The notes under the pieces: model-generated | What the model was told of the DNA's origin: nothing | Seen by the model: the letters and a program-made list of their open reading frames with translations, nothing else | Databases searched by the model: none | NCBI GenBank assembly: GCA_030390025.1 | Contig: CM059446.1 | Coordinates: forward strand, 23,816,339-23,872,000 | DNA length: 55,662 nucleotides | Reading direction: 5' to 3' | Origin: Squalus acanthias | Taxonomy: Eukaryota | Part shown: piece after piece, positions 37,366 through 48,766 of the stretch | Layout: each line of letters opens with the position of its first letter | How positions within the stretch are numbered: position 1 is the first letter of the stretch | Position numbers and translations under genes: made by a program

Positions 37366-38267
37366 CCAACCCCCCCCCCCACCCAGCCCCAGTAAGACTG
37401 TTGAAACACCATCTGCAGTTGGCTGCCCAAAACTAATTGCTTTCTTGTAAGGTCAGGTGTTCAAAGACTTTTCACTCATCGCTCAGTGACCTCAGTGCTG
37501 GGAAAGGACACATTTTCCACCCAGTGTCTGCGTCAAGCACTCACAGGCCAGTGACAAAAGAGTGAAGCTCCATCTGCTGTCACCTCACTCACCACCTCAG
37601 GAAAACACAGCCCAAGGCCCCCCAGTGTGAGATTTCCATCTCCTTCACAGACCATCTCCTATGGCCCCCTGAATGAGCCTGCCAATTCAGTGCAGTCAAA
37701 TCAACTTTTATATAATGTATTAGCAATGAAATAAATAAAGGAGTGGAGTCTGTATTGTGGAGATTTCTTCACGATGGCACGCAAGAGATCAATTGTAACT
37801 GGATGTCAAGCAGTGTCATCAATGACCTGCACTCATTCCGACGTCAGTCTTCTGGCGTGGAGGTAAGTGCAAGGTTTACTGTGCACTCATCCCAGCACGA
37901 CATTCCCCTTTAACAAGGGAGCAGATTCCAGCTTCCTGTCTGGGTGGATCCAGACCTCGGTTGCAGAGGTGCAAGGACAGTAAGCTGCTCCGCCGCCACA
38001 CTCAATGAGTGCCCTCACATTACAAGCCTGGGTCAGACACTCATTTTCTGGGCCCTGACATTCCGGGGGTTCTCCTGCCGCGGTTTCTGCCGCTCACGCT
38101 GGTTCTCCCGCCAAATCTGCGGCGAGGGGGCCAGGAGATCCCCTCGCGGAATCTCAGGACCGTGCCGCGTACACCAGGGTCCGAGCCGACTCCAGCACGG
38201 GGCAGAGCGAGACTCCCTCTTTTACTGCAATCCGGGGTCATGTCAGGTCCGAGTCCTTTTTAAAAAT

Positions 38268-38675
38268 ATATTCTCGGGATGTGGGCGTCGCTGGCAAGGC
38301 TGGCATATTATTGCCCATCCCTAGCTGCCCTCAAGAAAGTGGTGGTGGGCCGCCTTCTTGAACCGCTGCATTGTAGTAAGTGGCTTGCTGGGCCACTTCA
38401 GAGAGTAATTAAGAGTCAATCACACTGGTGAGAGACTGGAGTCACTATCGGCCAGACCAGGTAAGGACGGCAGGTTTCATTTCCTAAAGGATATTAATGA
38501 CCAGTTGGGTTTTTACCACAATCCAACAGCCTCATGGTCCTGTTTACTGAGACCAGCTTTTTATTTCCAGATTTATTTTTTTTTACAACTGAATTCAAAT
38601 TCTCAAACTGCCATGATGGGATTTGAACTCCCGTTCCCTGGATTACTCATCCAGTAACACAACTGCTACACTACC
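38268..38675. mobile_element. Interspersed repeat sharing its end with the LINE at 43568; shorter copy at ~51990-52170
   Basis: gggatgtgggcgtcgctggcaaggc...attgcccatcc...ttcttgaacc...gagtcaa.cac...gactggagtcac...taagga.ggcaggtttc shared between copies. Confidence 0.7.
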
Positions 38676-39295
38676 GCTCCAGATCAAGGGTACATTTAGA
38701 CAAGAGCCGTAGCATCTGTGTGAACCAGGTTCACGTTGCACCAATGTTACACTTATGGTGGAAATGCTACCACTTAGTGAAGCGGGACATTTGCATCAGG
38801 TGAAGGATGCTAAACTCAACCCCTGAATACACGCCCACTGATGGTATCGCTCAATACCGTCCATCTGTGAACTATCCCCAGACTCCACAAGAAGCCAAGG
38901 CGGGCATATTTGTAATAAAGTGGGCGTGAAAGAGTCTTCAAACTGCTTCAGGGACCAAGGAGAAGCAACAGCTATCCTGGACTCCACGTTACCCAAATAC
39001 AATCGCAACACCAGGATTATTCCAGGGATGGCAAATTGGAATCTGCTTGTAACTCATTCTCGCACCAGCTGCGTGTCTGTAACTGCGTAAACGCAGCATG
39101 AGAATACTTGTACAGAGCACCCAAACTGCGCTCCGATGCAGCTGCGTTCCCTCCTCCTGGATCTGGCCAGGAGGAGGCTCGGTTTCCGTCGCTCAGTCTA
39201 ATCGCCAGAGAGCGCGATAGTCCAGACTCCAATGGTTGCCATCACGTGCTTGGAAACCTACACGTGACGCCCAGCACCTATCCAACCCCTCTGGG

Positions 39296-39415
39296 TGGTT
39301 TCAAGGGTTACGGAACCAAGGCGGGTAAATGGAGTTAAGACTACAGATCAGCCATGATCTAATTGAATGGTGAAACAGGCTCGAGGGGCTGAATGGCCTG
39401 ATCCTGGTCCTATAC
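39296..39415 (+). mobile_element. CR1 3' tail fragment
   Basis: FKGYGTKAGKWS* followed by gatcagccatgatctaattgaatgg...ggctcgaggggctgaatggcct. Confidence 0.8.
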
Positions 39416-39770
39416 GTTGAGCAGTAGGTCGATTCAGCACGCATGGCTGGGCACTTGCGAATTCTCCAGTGTTCTCCGAAACCCCAGAGGCATCATTGTT
39501 GGTGCCTGCACCGAGGAGCTGCGCAGTGAGAGTGGTAAGGGCAGCCGTGCCAGCTTCAATGAGGTGCTGCTGTTTGATGGGCAATCACTGGCACCAGTTG
39601 GGCAAATCTAACCGGAGGCAAAGAGCTGGGAGTTGGAAACTGGTCACCGGGCTGCTTAGCGAGGGGCAACCTACGGAATACTTAAAAAAAACTACATCCA
39701 CCTAACGTTAAACTCAGCAAGCATGTGGCGAGCTACCCACCGTGTACTTAGTTGCAGTTTCAGTACCTAC

Positions 39771-40228
39771 CCTTGAAGGAGTCCACCTGCAGAGGCCCTG
39801 CCTCTCCTGCCATCCATCCGGGCTGTTGCCCTCATCATTTCCTCAATAGTCTCTTTAGAGTACAGGCCCTTGGGGCTGTTGTACTGCCCACGCTGGCTGG
39901 CGCTAGGTGTCCCACATTTAATACCAGTTACATCAGAAACCCTTGCTGTCGCCCGAGGAAGGCTGACCCCTCTTTGAGGTGAAAGGTCGGAGGTCAGAGA
40001 AGTAGCTGGAGAGAGCATCAAAGCAGTCATGGAAGATGTCTGCCTGAAAGATCCTGCCAATTCCAAGTTACAAGACAAGCTGCTGTCCCTTGTGCTGAGG
40101 TAATCGTAGGACATCCCATTAGCTGTGAGCACACTATCAGAGGCCCGAGCAGTTTTACTGAGCTGGTACTCGGGAGTGGACGTCAGTTTTCCGCTCAGAC
40201 AGCTGGTGCAGATTCCCAAAGCCGGCTC
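39771..40228 (-). CDS. LDB3: LDB3 cardiac-type alternative exon (Cypher exon 4 equivalent) with ZM motif, 458 nt
   Basis: Lies within ORF 39767..40252. Acceptor CTGCAG|GAG, donor AGG|GTAGGT; phase 0 to 2. Starts EPAL (human DPAL), contains QYNSPKGLYSKETIEEM (human QYNNPIGLYSAETLREM) and ends RGRASAGGLLQG. Confidence 0.92.
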
Positions 40229-40539
40229 CTGCAGCAACACACACCCGAGCACGGAACAAAAGGCAAAAAAAAAAAATCACAGATCACATGCAAACACACA
40301 GCACACCATCGATCAAAGCAAAGAAAATGTTAGTGAGCCCAAAATACCCAATATTCATTGATGACACCATTCACTTACCAAAAGAGCGTCTGTGGCACAT
40401 GGTTAAGGACCACATCACCCTGAGCAATCAGGCTGACACTTTAGTCTTTTGAGTTTTGGATTTGGTAAAAGGTGGCAATCCAACAGAGGCAGAAACCACA
40501 TCCTTACAGAATAGTGAGATGGTGAAGTTTTGGGAAGGA

Positions 40540-42330
40540 GACCATAAGTCCATCGAGCCTGCTCTTCCAAACCACCCATTAGTTTCCTTACTGTGATTCT
40601 GGAACCAACAGGCTTGCATCTCCTTTCCCAATAGAAATTCAGCTAATCCTCTAAAAAAAAAATCTGTTCCATTATCCTGCTGGTTACCTAACCCACAATT
40701 CTATCTCCCTCTTACTGAAAAACGTTGCCCAAATTTCCTATTTTCCTTTGACACCATAGTTTAAACTGTGAACCAGAGTCCTCGAATCCTATGACTAACA
40801 GAACTGTTCTGGATCAAAATTCTCCACCCCTATGTAAATCTTAGAGACCCATCAAATCCCACCTCATCCTCCTCTTCAGAGAGTCGAGTCCCAGGATGGA
40901 CAACCTTTCCACAGAACGCAGACCGCAAGGTTCAGGAACCAGCCTTGCAGCCCTCCTTTGAACTCCTTCCAATAAGTCTACATCTTTCCTAGCTTTATGA
41001 AGGGGAAATCATGTCTGACAAATTTGCTTGAGTTCTTTGAGGACATAACGTACAGGGTGGATAAAGGGGAACCAATGGACGTAGTGTATTTAGACTTCCA
41101 GAAGGCATTCGACAAGGTGCCACATAAAAGATTATTGCTCAAGATAAAAAATCACTGGATTGGGGGTAATATTCTGGCATGGGTGGAGGATTGGTTATCT
41201 AACAGGAAGCAGAGAGTTGGGATAAATGGTTCATTCTCGGACTGGCAACCAGTAGCCAGTGGTGTTCCGCAGGGGTCGGTGCTAGGTCCCCAACTCTTTA
41301 CAATCTATATTAACGATTTGGAGGAGGGGACCGAGTGTAACATATCAAAGTTTGCAGATGATACAAAGATGGGAGGGAAAGTAGAAAGTGAGGAGGACAT
41401 AAAAAACCTACAAGGGGATATAGACAAGCTGGGTGAGTGGGCAGAGATTTGGCAGATGCAATACAATATTGGAAAATGTGAGGTTATGCACTTTGGCAGG
41501 AAAAATCAGAGAGCAAGTTATTATCTTAATGGCGAGAAACTGGAAAGTACTGCAGTACAAAGGGATCTGGGGGTCCTAGTGCAAGAAAATCAAAAAGTTA
41601 GTATACAGGTGCAGCAGGTGATCAAGAAGGCCAACGGAATGTTGGCTTTTATTGCTAGGGGGATAGATTATAAAAACAGGGAGGTATTGCTGCAGTTATA
41701 TAAGGTATTGGTGAGACCGCATCTGGAATACTGCATACAGTTTTGGTGTCCATACTTAAGAAAAGACATACTTGCTCTCGAGGCAGTACAAAGAAGGTTC
41801 ACTCAGTTAATCCCCGGGATGAGGGGGTGGACATATGAGGAGAGGTTGAGTAGATTGGGACTCTACTCATTGGAGTTCAGAAGAATGAGAGGCGATCTTA
41901 TTGAAACATATAAGATTGTGAAGGGGCTTGATCGGGTGGATGCGGTAAGGATGTTCCCAAGGATGGGTGAAACTAGAACTAGGGGGCATAATAATATGAC
42001 CAGAACTGTACACCGTACTCTATAGGAGGCCCCTTCAAGTCCAGGTACAGCTTCGGCATCACCTCCTTAGACTGAATAGTAATGCCCTTAGCTGTACATC
42101 CCAACATTTTATTTGCTTTCTTCACTAATTCTTAACAGTGAACAGACTTTTTTCATGACCTCGCCACCAGAACTCCCAGATCTCTTCCCTGCTGCTACCT
42201 CAAGCACTCTACCAGTTAACAGGCAAGCTACATGCTTGCTTCTTCCATGTAGACTCATGGCCTTACACAATGTGTTGAATCCCATCTGCCATTTCTACAC
42301 CAATTCAATGACTATTCAATTACACTCTAC
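40540..42330 (-). mobile_element. Old decayed CR1 on the minus strand, split by the younger CR1 fragment
   Basis: Flanks ...acatctttcct | ataatatgaccagaactg rejoin to resemble cacatccttcctaaagtgtggtgaccagaactg of the CR1 at 54941-54973. Confidence 0.55.
40992..41991 (+). mobile_element. Young CR1 LINE ORF2 reverse transcriptase fragment (internal piece; no 5' end and no 3' tail)
   Basis: Uninterrupted ORF 40997..42025 with KSCLTNLLEFFE, YLDFQKAFDKVPH, GVPQGSVLGP, KFADDTK and VRPHLEYC. Homology stops at RTRGH. Confidence 0.97.
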
Positions 42331-42579
42331 AATTTCTGGGAAGTTGCACCCAACTCTCGAGCAGGCATCCTTGAAATTAGAGAGTGTGTTTATACTCACA
42401 CCCAGAGTGATTCCAGTTCTGTTCTGGGCCACTGCCTGGCCATAGAAATTGGATGCATAGGAAAATTGGAATGATTTCATTGAAGGAATATTACCGAAGG
42501 TCTCGTGTGTTTTGTCCACTGAACAGAGTGAATTACCAACGTTTGAATTAATCCAAACCCATCTCAGCTCTTGGCTCAA

Positions 42580-42910
42580 GGTCCAGGAAAACACCAAGAG
42601 ACATGGAGTGGCTGCAGCCATGTTGTTCTTCCTCCTTAAGGTTTGTGCAGTCACCTTGCGTTGCAAGTGGAGAAGGTTCCTGAACCACAGGAAGGCAGGA
42701 CCTTGCTATCAATGCACTTGAAACCGCAATTTCTTCCCCGGCTCCCAGTTTACTCCTTTCTCTCCTGGAAGGTGCTGATCTTTGGGGAAGGGGCATCGGT
42801 TCCACAGGCAGTGGTCACGGTCTGCTAGCTCATTCAAGAGGCCATTCTTCACAGGCGAGGCTAGGCGGTCAGTGTTGGTTGGTGATTCGACTGTGAAGGA
42901 CATGACAGCC
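42580..42910 (+). mobile_element. Possible decayed CR1 ORF1 (SGNH-esterase-like) remnant
   Basis: RRSVLVGDSTVKDM resembles the VVGDSIVR motif of CR1 ORF1p; otherwise degenerate. Confidence 0.3.
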
Positions 42911-43561
42911 AGTCATCACCCAACAACCCCCACAAACAAGGGTAGCAATCAGGAGCCTAGGCTGGCTTTAGCCCCTCTGGCCAGAGGCTGCACCAGGCCA
43001 GTTGTAGTATCCCAATAGCTATCCCAACACTAGTGTTCTAAACTGAACGAAGAAGTCGTCCTGCTGTGTTTACACTTGGAACTTGGAGTGACTTCAGTTC
43101 TGCTTCTTTCACGTGCCGTGCCAATATGGGGCCTTCAGGGGAGACGGCGAGGGGGCTGAGTGTCAGCACAGACATTGTCACGTTATAAACCGGCAAATGG
43201 CTGGTTATCTGGGCTGCATGGAAGCGTCTGATGGAGAATGCCGACCCACTGTGCCAAGCCGTTCCCTCACCACATGCAGCCTTGCCAAGGGTGTACCAAA
43301 CGGGCAGCTGTTTTAAGGACATTGATGGGAGGTTTGGGAATGTTCTGTAAAAGCGGAATCATTCCAGCGGCACAGCTTTGACTAGGGATGTCAGAAGAAG
43401 CTGATTTAGGAAATCCCGATGGAAAGTGTGTGGGGTAGATTACATCGTTAGTGTTGTCACTGCACTACTGACTGGGAGGAGATACTAAACCTGACGGTCT
43501 ATGGGAGCTGGATTAGGATGCACAGTAGAATCATCTGTGGGTTTATCACTGTGTGTGTGTG

Positions 43562-43975
43562 TTTTTTTTATTCGTTTATGGGATGTGGGCATCACTGGAA
43601 AGGCCAGCATTTATTGCCCATCCCTAATTGCCCTCAAGAAGGTGGTGGAGAGCCGCTGCAGTCCGTGTGGTGAAGGTGCTCCCACAGTGCCGTTAGGGAG
43701 GGAGTTCCAGGATTTTGACCCAGTGACGATGAAGGATTGGCGATATACTTCCAAGTCAGGATGGTGTGCGACTTGGAGGGGAACTTGGAGGTGATGTTGT
43801 TCCCATGCGCCCTTGTCCTTCTAGGTGGAAGTGGTCGCGGGTTTGGGAGGTGCTGCCGAAGAAGCCTTGGCGAGTTGCTGCAGTGCATCTTGTAGCTGGT
43901 ACACACTGCAGCCACAGTACACCGGTGGTGGAGGGAGTGAATGTTTAAGGTGGTGGAAGGGGTGCCAATCAAGCG
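43562..43975 (-). mobile_element. Non-LTR retrotransposon 3' end inserted in a (TG)n tract
   Basis: Minus peptide RLIGTPSTTLNIHSLHHRCTVAAVCT.YKMHCSNSPRLLRQHLP resembles a LINE ORF2 C-terminus; short A-tail at 43562-43569; TG repeats on both sides. Confidence 0.75.
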
Positions 43976-45019
43976 TGTGCACACATGCACATTAACGAGC
44001 TGTGTGCAGCGGTCTTGTTAAATTTGAAAGGATTAAGGGATTAGTGCAATAGTCTGGCTAAAGAGTCAAACTGGATTTCCACCAGTTGCACTTATTGCCT
44101 GTAACTATCAGGCTTCAAATGGGAACTGATGAGGCAAAAAATCTTTTAAAAAAAGTACTGTTACAATTTTTAAGGGGGGGCCTGTCAATAAGGTTTGTGT
44201 TTTAACAGTTGCCCAGCACCACCCGCACACGGGAATCGAAAAGCGGGATGCATCATCTCCTACTGAAGTGGGAGGATGGTGGAGTCAGTGAAAATGCCCA
44301 CCCTCGCAGTGTTGTGCCAGCACCGCGCCAACAGACCATGTGAATCCAGAGCACTGTGTCAAGGGGAAAAAACTGTAAACAATTGGGGGAAAAGATGATT
44401 TTACCAAGCACGAGACTCAATGGAATGGAATTGTACGGTCACCTGTGCGAGGTACAATTGTGTTGCGTGACTCCTTTCTCTTCACAGGCAAAAAAAAAGT
44501 TGCCAGATTTCTTGTCCAACAAAGCTATGCCCCTTTAATTAGGAGGAAATAGTAAGTGTAAAATATAGAGCATTGTCCACTCCTTCTGTACAAACTACAA
44601 AGAGCTGTAGCATCTCACCAGTTAATGTACAGTAACAAAGGGTCAAAACTTTTCCCCCCAAAAATTGGAAGAATCAGCAAGCAGTCCAATCCCAAGGAAA
44701 TTTCTTCAAAGATTATTCTTCGATTCTCTGCATCGTGTGTGTGTGCGCGCGCACCAGCACGAACCAACAAACTGTCTGTAGCAAATTCGAAAGGATTAAG
44801 GGATTACCGCAATGGTTTTGTAAAGGCCCAAGTGGGAGTCAAGAGGGATTTCCACCAGTTGTCCCAAGGTGGTGCTGTGACCTCATTCGAAACCGCACTG
44901 CAAATGGAGACTCGTGGCAACGACGCAGGATGGCATCGAACCTTCGGAAGTTGGAGTCTGTTTCCTAGTTTGCCGTCTCCCCCATTTAAAAAAAAGTCGG
45001 ATCCAGCATCATATTCATA

Positions 45020-45023
<4 letters not shown>

Positions 45024-45054
<31 letters not shown>

Positions 45055-45070
45055 GAGACAGACAGAGACA
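45024..45070. repeat. (GA)n microsatellite
   Basis: Direct inspection. Confidence 0.95.
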
Positions 45071-45299
45071 ACTTTGTCATTTCAACACACGGGGCATGCA
45101 AGGAGAAAAGAGAATTAAAGTCCAGAGCTGATTGGGCGTAGGGCCCTTGTCCGCTTCTCCTAATGCCCAATGAGGAGCCACTACCGACTGCAATGTCTTC
45201 GAGTCAAGGATTTATGAGCAGCACAGAACGTTTAGGGTGAGGGTAAAAGAGGGCAGGACAGAGGGTTTAGGGGGCAAGGGTAAAAGAGGGCAGAAGAAC

Positions 45300-45309
45300 C
45301 TAAAAATAG
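45300..45309. promoter_or_regulatory. MEF2 consensus site CTAAAAATAG (second copy at 21763-21772)
   Basis: Exact match to the canonical MEF2 site within a striated-muscle gene; function unproven. Confidence 0.3.
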
Positions 45310-48131
45310 GGAAGAAAGTCATTTTAAAGTAGGATTAGGCAACCAAAAATGTCAATTTTTAAAAAGTTAGACAGATTTACACATCAACAAAGCTCATCAG
45401 CAAGATCAGTGTGAATGCAGAAAATGATTTTGATTAAGACATGCGACTGAAAGCATTCTCTCTTGAACTTGTATACAGACAGCAACAGCAATTCCATCGC
45501 AGCCGCCACAAGCCAAAAACACAATGGCAGAAGGACGCCCTTGACTCAGTTTCCCCCCTTTGGTTAGATGCAGCCTGGTAGCAGCCATTTTGTGGGCAAC
45601 TCCCCATTATTCTCTTAAGGAGCTGGATAATTCTGGTTAGCAACAGGAGCCTAGAAGGGCAAGTACAGATCCATGAATGTACAGACCCTTGAACGCTTTG
45701 TGGCACAGGATTTCTCCTGAGCAGTTAGGACCAACGAAACATCACATCAGTGAGGAGAACTGGCCAAGCACGAATAGTTTAAGATTAGATGGGTACCGAG
45801 CGGTTTTGCTAGTCTCGTGGGACAGGGAGTGGCTTTGCAGAATCTCTCTCCAGGAGACAGAACCCACGAGGGAGCTTACTAATAGCCTGTGTTATGAATG
45901 GGCTTGATGAGACAGATGGACTTTCCATGCTTTTTTTCTTACTGCGATTCCTCCACCGTGATTGGGCTGAAGAGGCAGTGAGTAATGCCCTCACTGATGG
46001 CCTTGCTGAGAGGAATTTAAGATTGCCACGTCAAAGAAATTCTCCACAGAATGTCTGCTGTCAGCTTGTCTGGAAATACCGCTTTTAAAAGCATCAAGCA
46101 GGATAGCAGAGAGAATCCTTCTGTGATTCTCAAGGTCAGTGATGTTGGCACTGGGGAATGGAACGCTCTCCATTTTAGGCATCCAAGTTTCATCATCAAG
46201 TAAACCCAAATCAGGGGCAGGCTTGTTCGATGCAGAGCAAAGATGCCCTCACTCTGTCCAAACTGTGTCCATCAGCCCCAAACTACAATGATCACCCCTT
46301 ACTGAATTTTAGCTTTCCCCAAATAGCATGATGCCTAACACATATGGTCAGTTAGTGCCAGCTTTGCTGAGAACTGGGCCGAGACTGCTCAACTCCTTTC
46401 ATGTCGGGCTCCTACAGCCAGCGGAAAGAAGGCTTCTAGTCGGGTTTGGATTTGATCTCCAGTATGAAAGGTCAGCGTTGAACCCACTGTGGCACCCAGT
46501 CCCCCTTCTGGACATTTAGCACAACGTGACTATGCAGAGAAACACACTTTCCCTTCAGAAAGCCTCGATAATGTCATCATATCATTGTAAAAATATTGGA
46601 TTCCGCCACAGGCTTGGGTAACAATCGAAAAAAAACTCCCAAATCTCTGGAGTCATCACTTAAGTTCACACTTTAACTATCTCAATCCTCCATTACTTTT
46701 ACTGACACACTCTCTCCATTGCCCAATCATACAGTGAGTATATAATCACAGGACCAGTTTGAAAGTTCTGCATTGATTGGAATGGACCTCCCGTGTCCAA
46801 CCACTAGATTGCCCGGCGTTGCGAATAGCGAAAGGTACAGGGCAGTCTGAAATCCAGGCAAAGAGCATCTCACAACTAGAAAGCAGCAAATCCAATTCCC
46901 AGGGTTTAATGTTGGTCTGACTCGCTGAGTTTGGAGAGACGGTTCAGTCTCCACTGGCAGAGCAGATGAAACAGTGCAATGTTGGGACAGTTACTGCAGT
47001 CCTCTAAATCACTTTTGAATATCTCCAGCCCACCTTGGCTCAATGCTCTCACACTCTGAAATGAACTCCCTCTACTGTGCATGATTCTCAACTCTCGTGT
47101 TCTCCCATTTCTGCTTTTTTGGGGGATGATTAATATTCAGAAGGATTCAATTCACGAAAAGTGTTCAATTACCAGAAGAATCAGCCAGTCAATCAGTTTG
47201 CAGCATAGAGGAGAGTCAGTGCGCTGGGAGAAAATCCATGCCGTGCGTCACTTTGCTCAGAGGATCTTTGGCGGGAGGCTGGTGTTCCATTCTTCCCAGT
47301 GCTTCCCATCTATTGGGACTAGATTGACTGAGGAGGTAACACATTACAGCAGCTGAAGGCACAGGTCCCATACGGTGAATCTCCAGGAGGCAGCTTCCTC
47401 TGTTCCACTGAGAAAAAGTTATTGCAAAGACCAGGCAGATTTTAATTTTAGTGTTAATAGTAGAATTTCTTCTACTCTTCTTCAAACGCTCCAATTCTTA
47501 CCCTCCTTGTAGGAGGGTATTAACTCCCATACGGTTCCACGGGTGTCGACTGCCGTCGCCCAAGTGGTCATTATTCATGTGCAAGCCTTGACGGTAAGTA
47601 CTGCCAGGCTGATCAACTGTGGAAGGCATCACAGCCGAGTGCCAGAGCCAACTGATGGCCACACGCATGCACTTCCACGAGCGTTGCTGTGTAGCCATCG
47701 GGTACGAGCAGCCTGGCCAATTACCCTTCCCCCTAACCCCGGGTGCTGCGGATTACTGTAGCACTGTCACCGCTCCCACGGGTAGGATCAGTTGACTCAG
47801 CACGGATCAAGCTTGGGAACTGCGACTCAGACAGCGACCCCTGCGGCATCAACCATTGTAGCAATAGAATTTCTGATCATTTCTGCTGAATCTTAACTGC
47901 TAAAGGTGGGAGGTTTCAAGATGTTCATTCCCAGTCATATTTACACCATAATTATGGAAAACACAATTGTCTCGGTGGTTGGATGCTTAAGTTAATTAGC
48001 TAATTTAGTGAAATTGATTAGGAACCTACTTTAAGGGTGCCACATTCCTAACAGTGTTTGGCAAACAGCCCTTTGCTTATGAATAGTCAAGACAACAACA
48101 TACAGTAAATCACATCAAAACATATCTTGTC

Positions 48132-48257
48132 CGAAAGGTCATCAACCTGAAACGTTAACTGTTTCTCTCTCTCAACAGATGCTGCCTGACCTGCTGAGTA
48201 TTTCCAGCATTTTCTGTTTATATTTCAGATTTCCAGCATCTGCAGTATTTTGCCTTT
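48132..48257 (+). mobile_element. Penelope-like terminal repeat fragment (lacks the CTGA of the hammerhead core)
   Basis: cgaaaggtcatcaacctgaaacgttaactgtttctc...gatgctgcctgacctgctgagtatttccagc. Confidence 0.7.
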
Positions 48258-48690
48258 GTAGTGCTGCTCCTTTAACATGTCTATGGTTAATAGTCAGTCT
48301 GAGTAAGGCAAGGTTTAAGTGGAGAGGGCACGACTTTCCATCTTCCTTCTCTGAAATCTTCCCTTCAGTTGCTGCACCAACATACCACTGGGGCGGCCTT
48401 GACCATCACCTTTCAGGTGTGAATTCTGCGCGAAATGATGTCGCCAGTGACTGTTGTATCTTGCACAGGAGCTAGCCTCCACAAGACAATTTTTAAAATC
48501 CTGGTAATGGGCACCATGTAAACAGAGATATGCTCTACACAAGAGATTCACGTCCTCAGAGATAAGTCATACAGAGACAATTATACCACTTTGGCCACAG
48601 GGCTAAGAAAATACAAGACAGGGAATAAGAAAGTGGGAGTGTATTGACTGCAGAGCCATCATTAACTGAATAATGCGGCACTGATCTTAC

Positions 48691-48766
48691 CTTTTGATGA
48701 GGGATAACTGGCATGGGAGAGTCCATACGAAGATTAGCAGTGGGAACTGGACCTGGGCGTCTTGAT
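48691..48766 (-). CDS. LDB3: LDB3 exon immediately after the PDZ domain, 76 nt, encoding SRRPGPVPTANLRMDSPMPVIPHQK
   Basis: Acceptor TTTGTTCTTTCAG| and donor AAG|GTAAGA; phase 2 to 0. Matches the recalled human [25 protein letters not shown] exon. Too short for the ORF track. Confidence 0.95.

Noticed and set aside
37053-37450. ORFs with SLSLYTAP / LHCPIS repeats
   Set aside because: These are translations of a CT-rich minisatellite.
40997-42025. 342-aa reverse transcriptase ORF as a host gene or part of a novel RT system
   Set aside because: Motifs and neighbouring copies identify it as an ordinary CR1 LINE ORF2 fragment; it has no endonuclease domain, promoter or partner gene.
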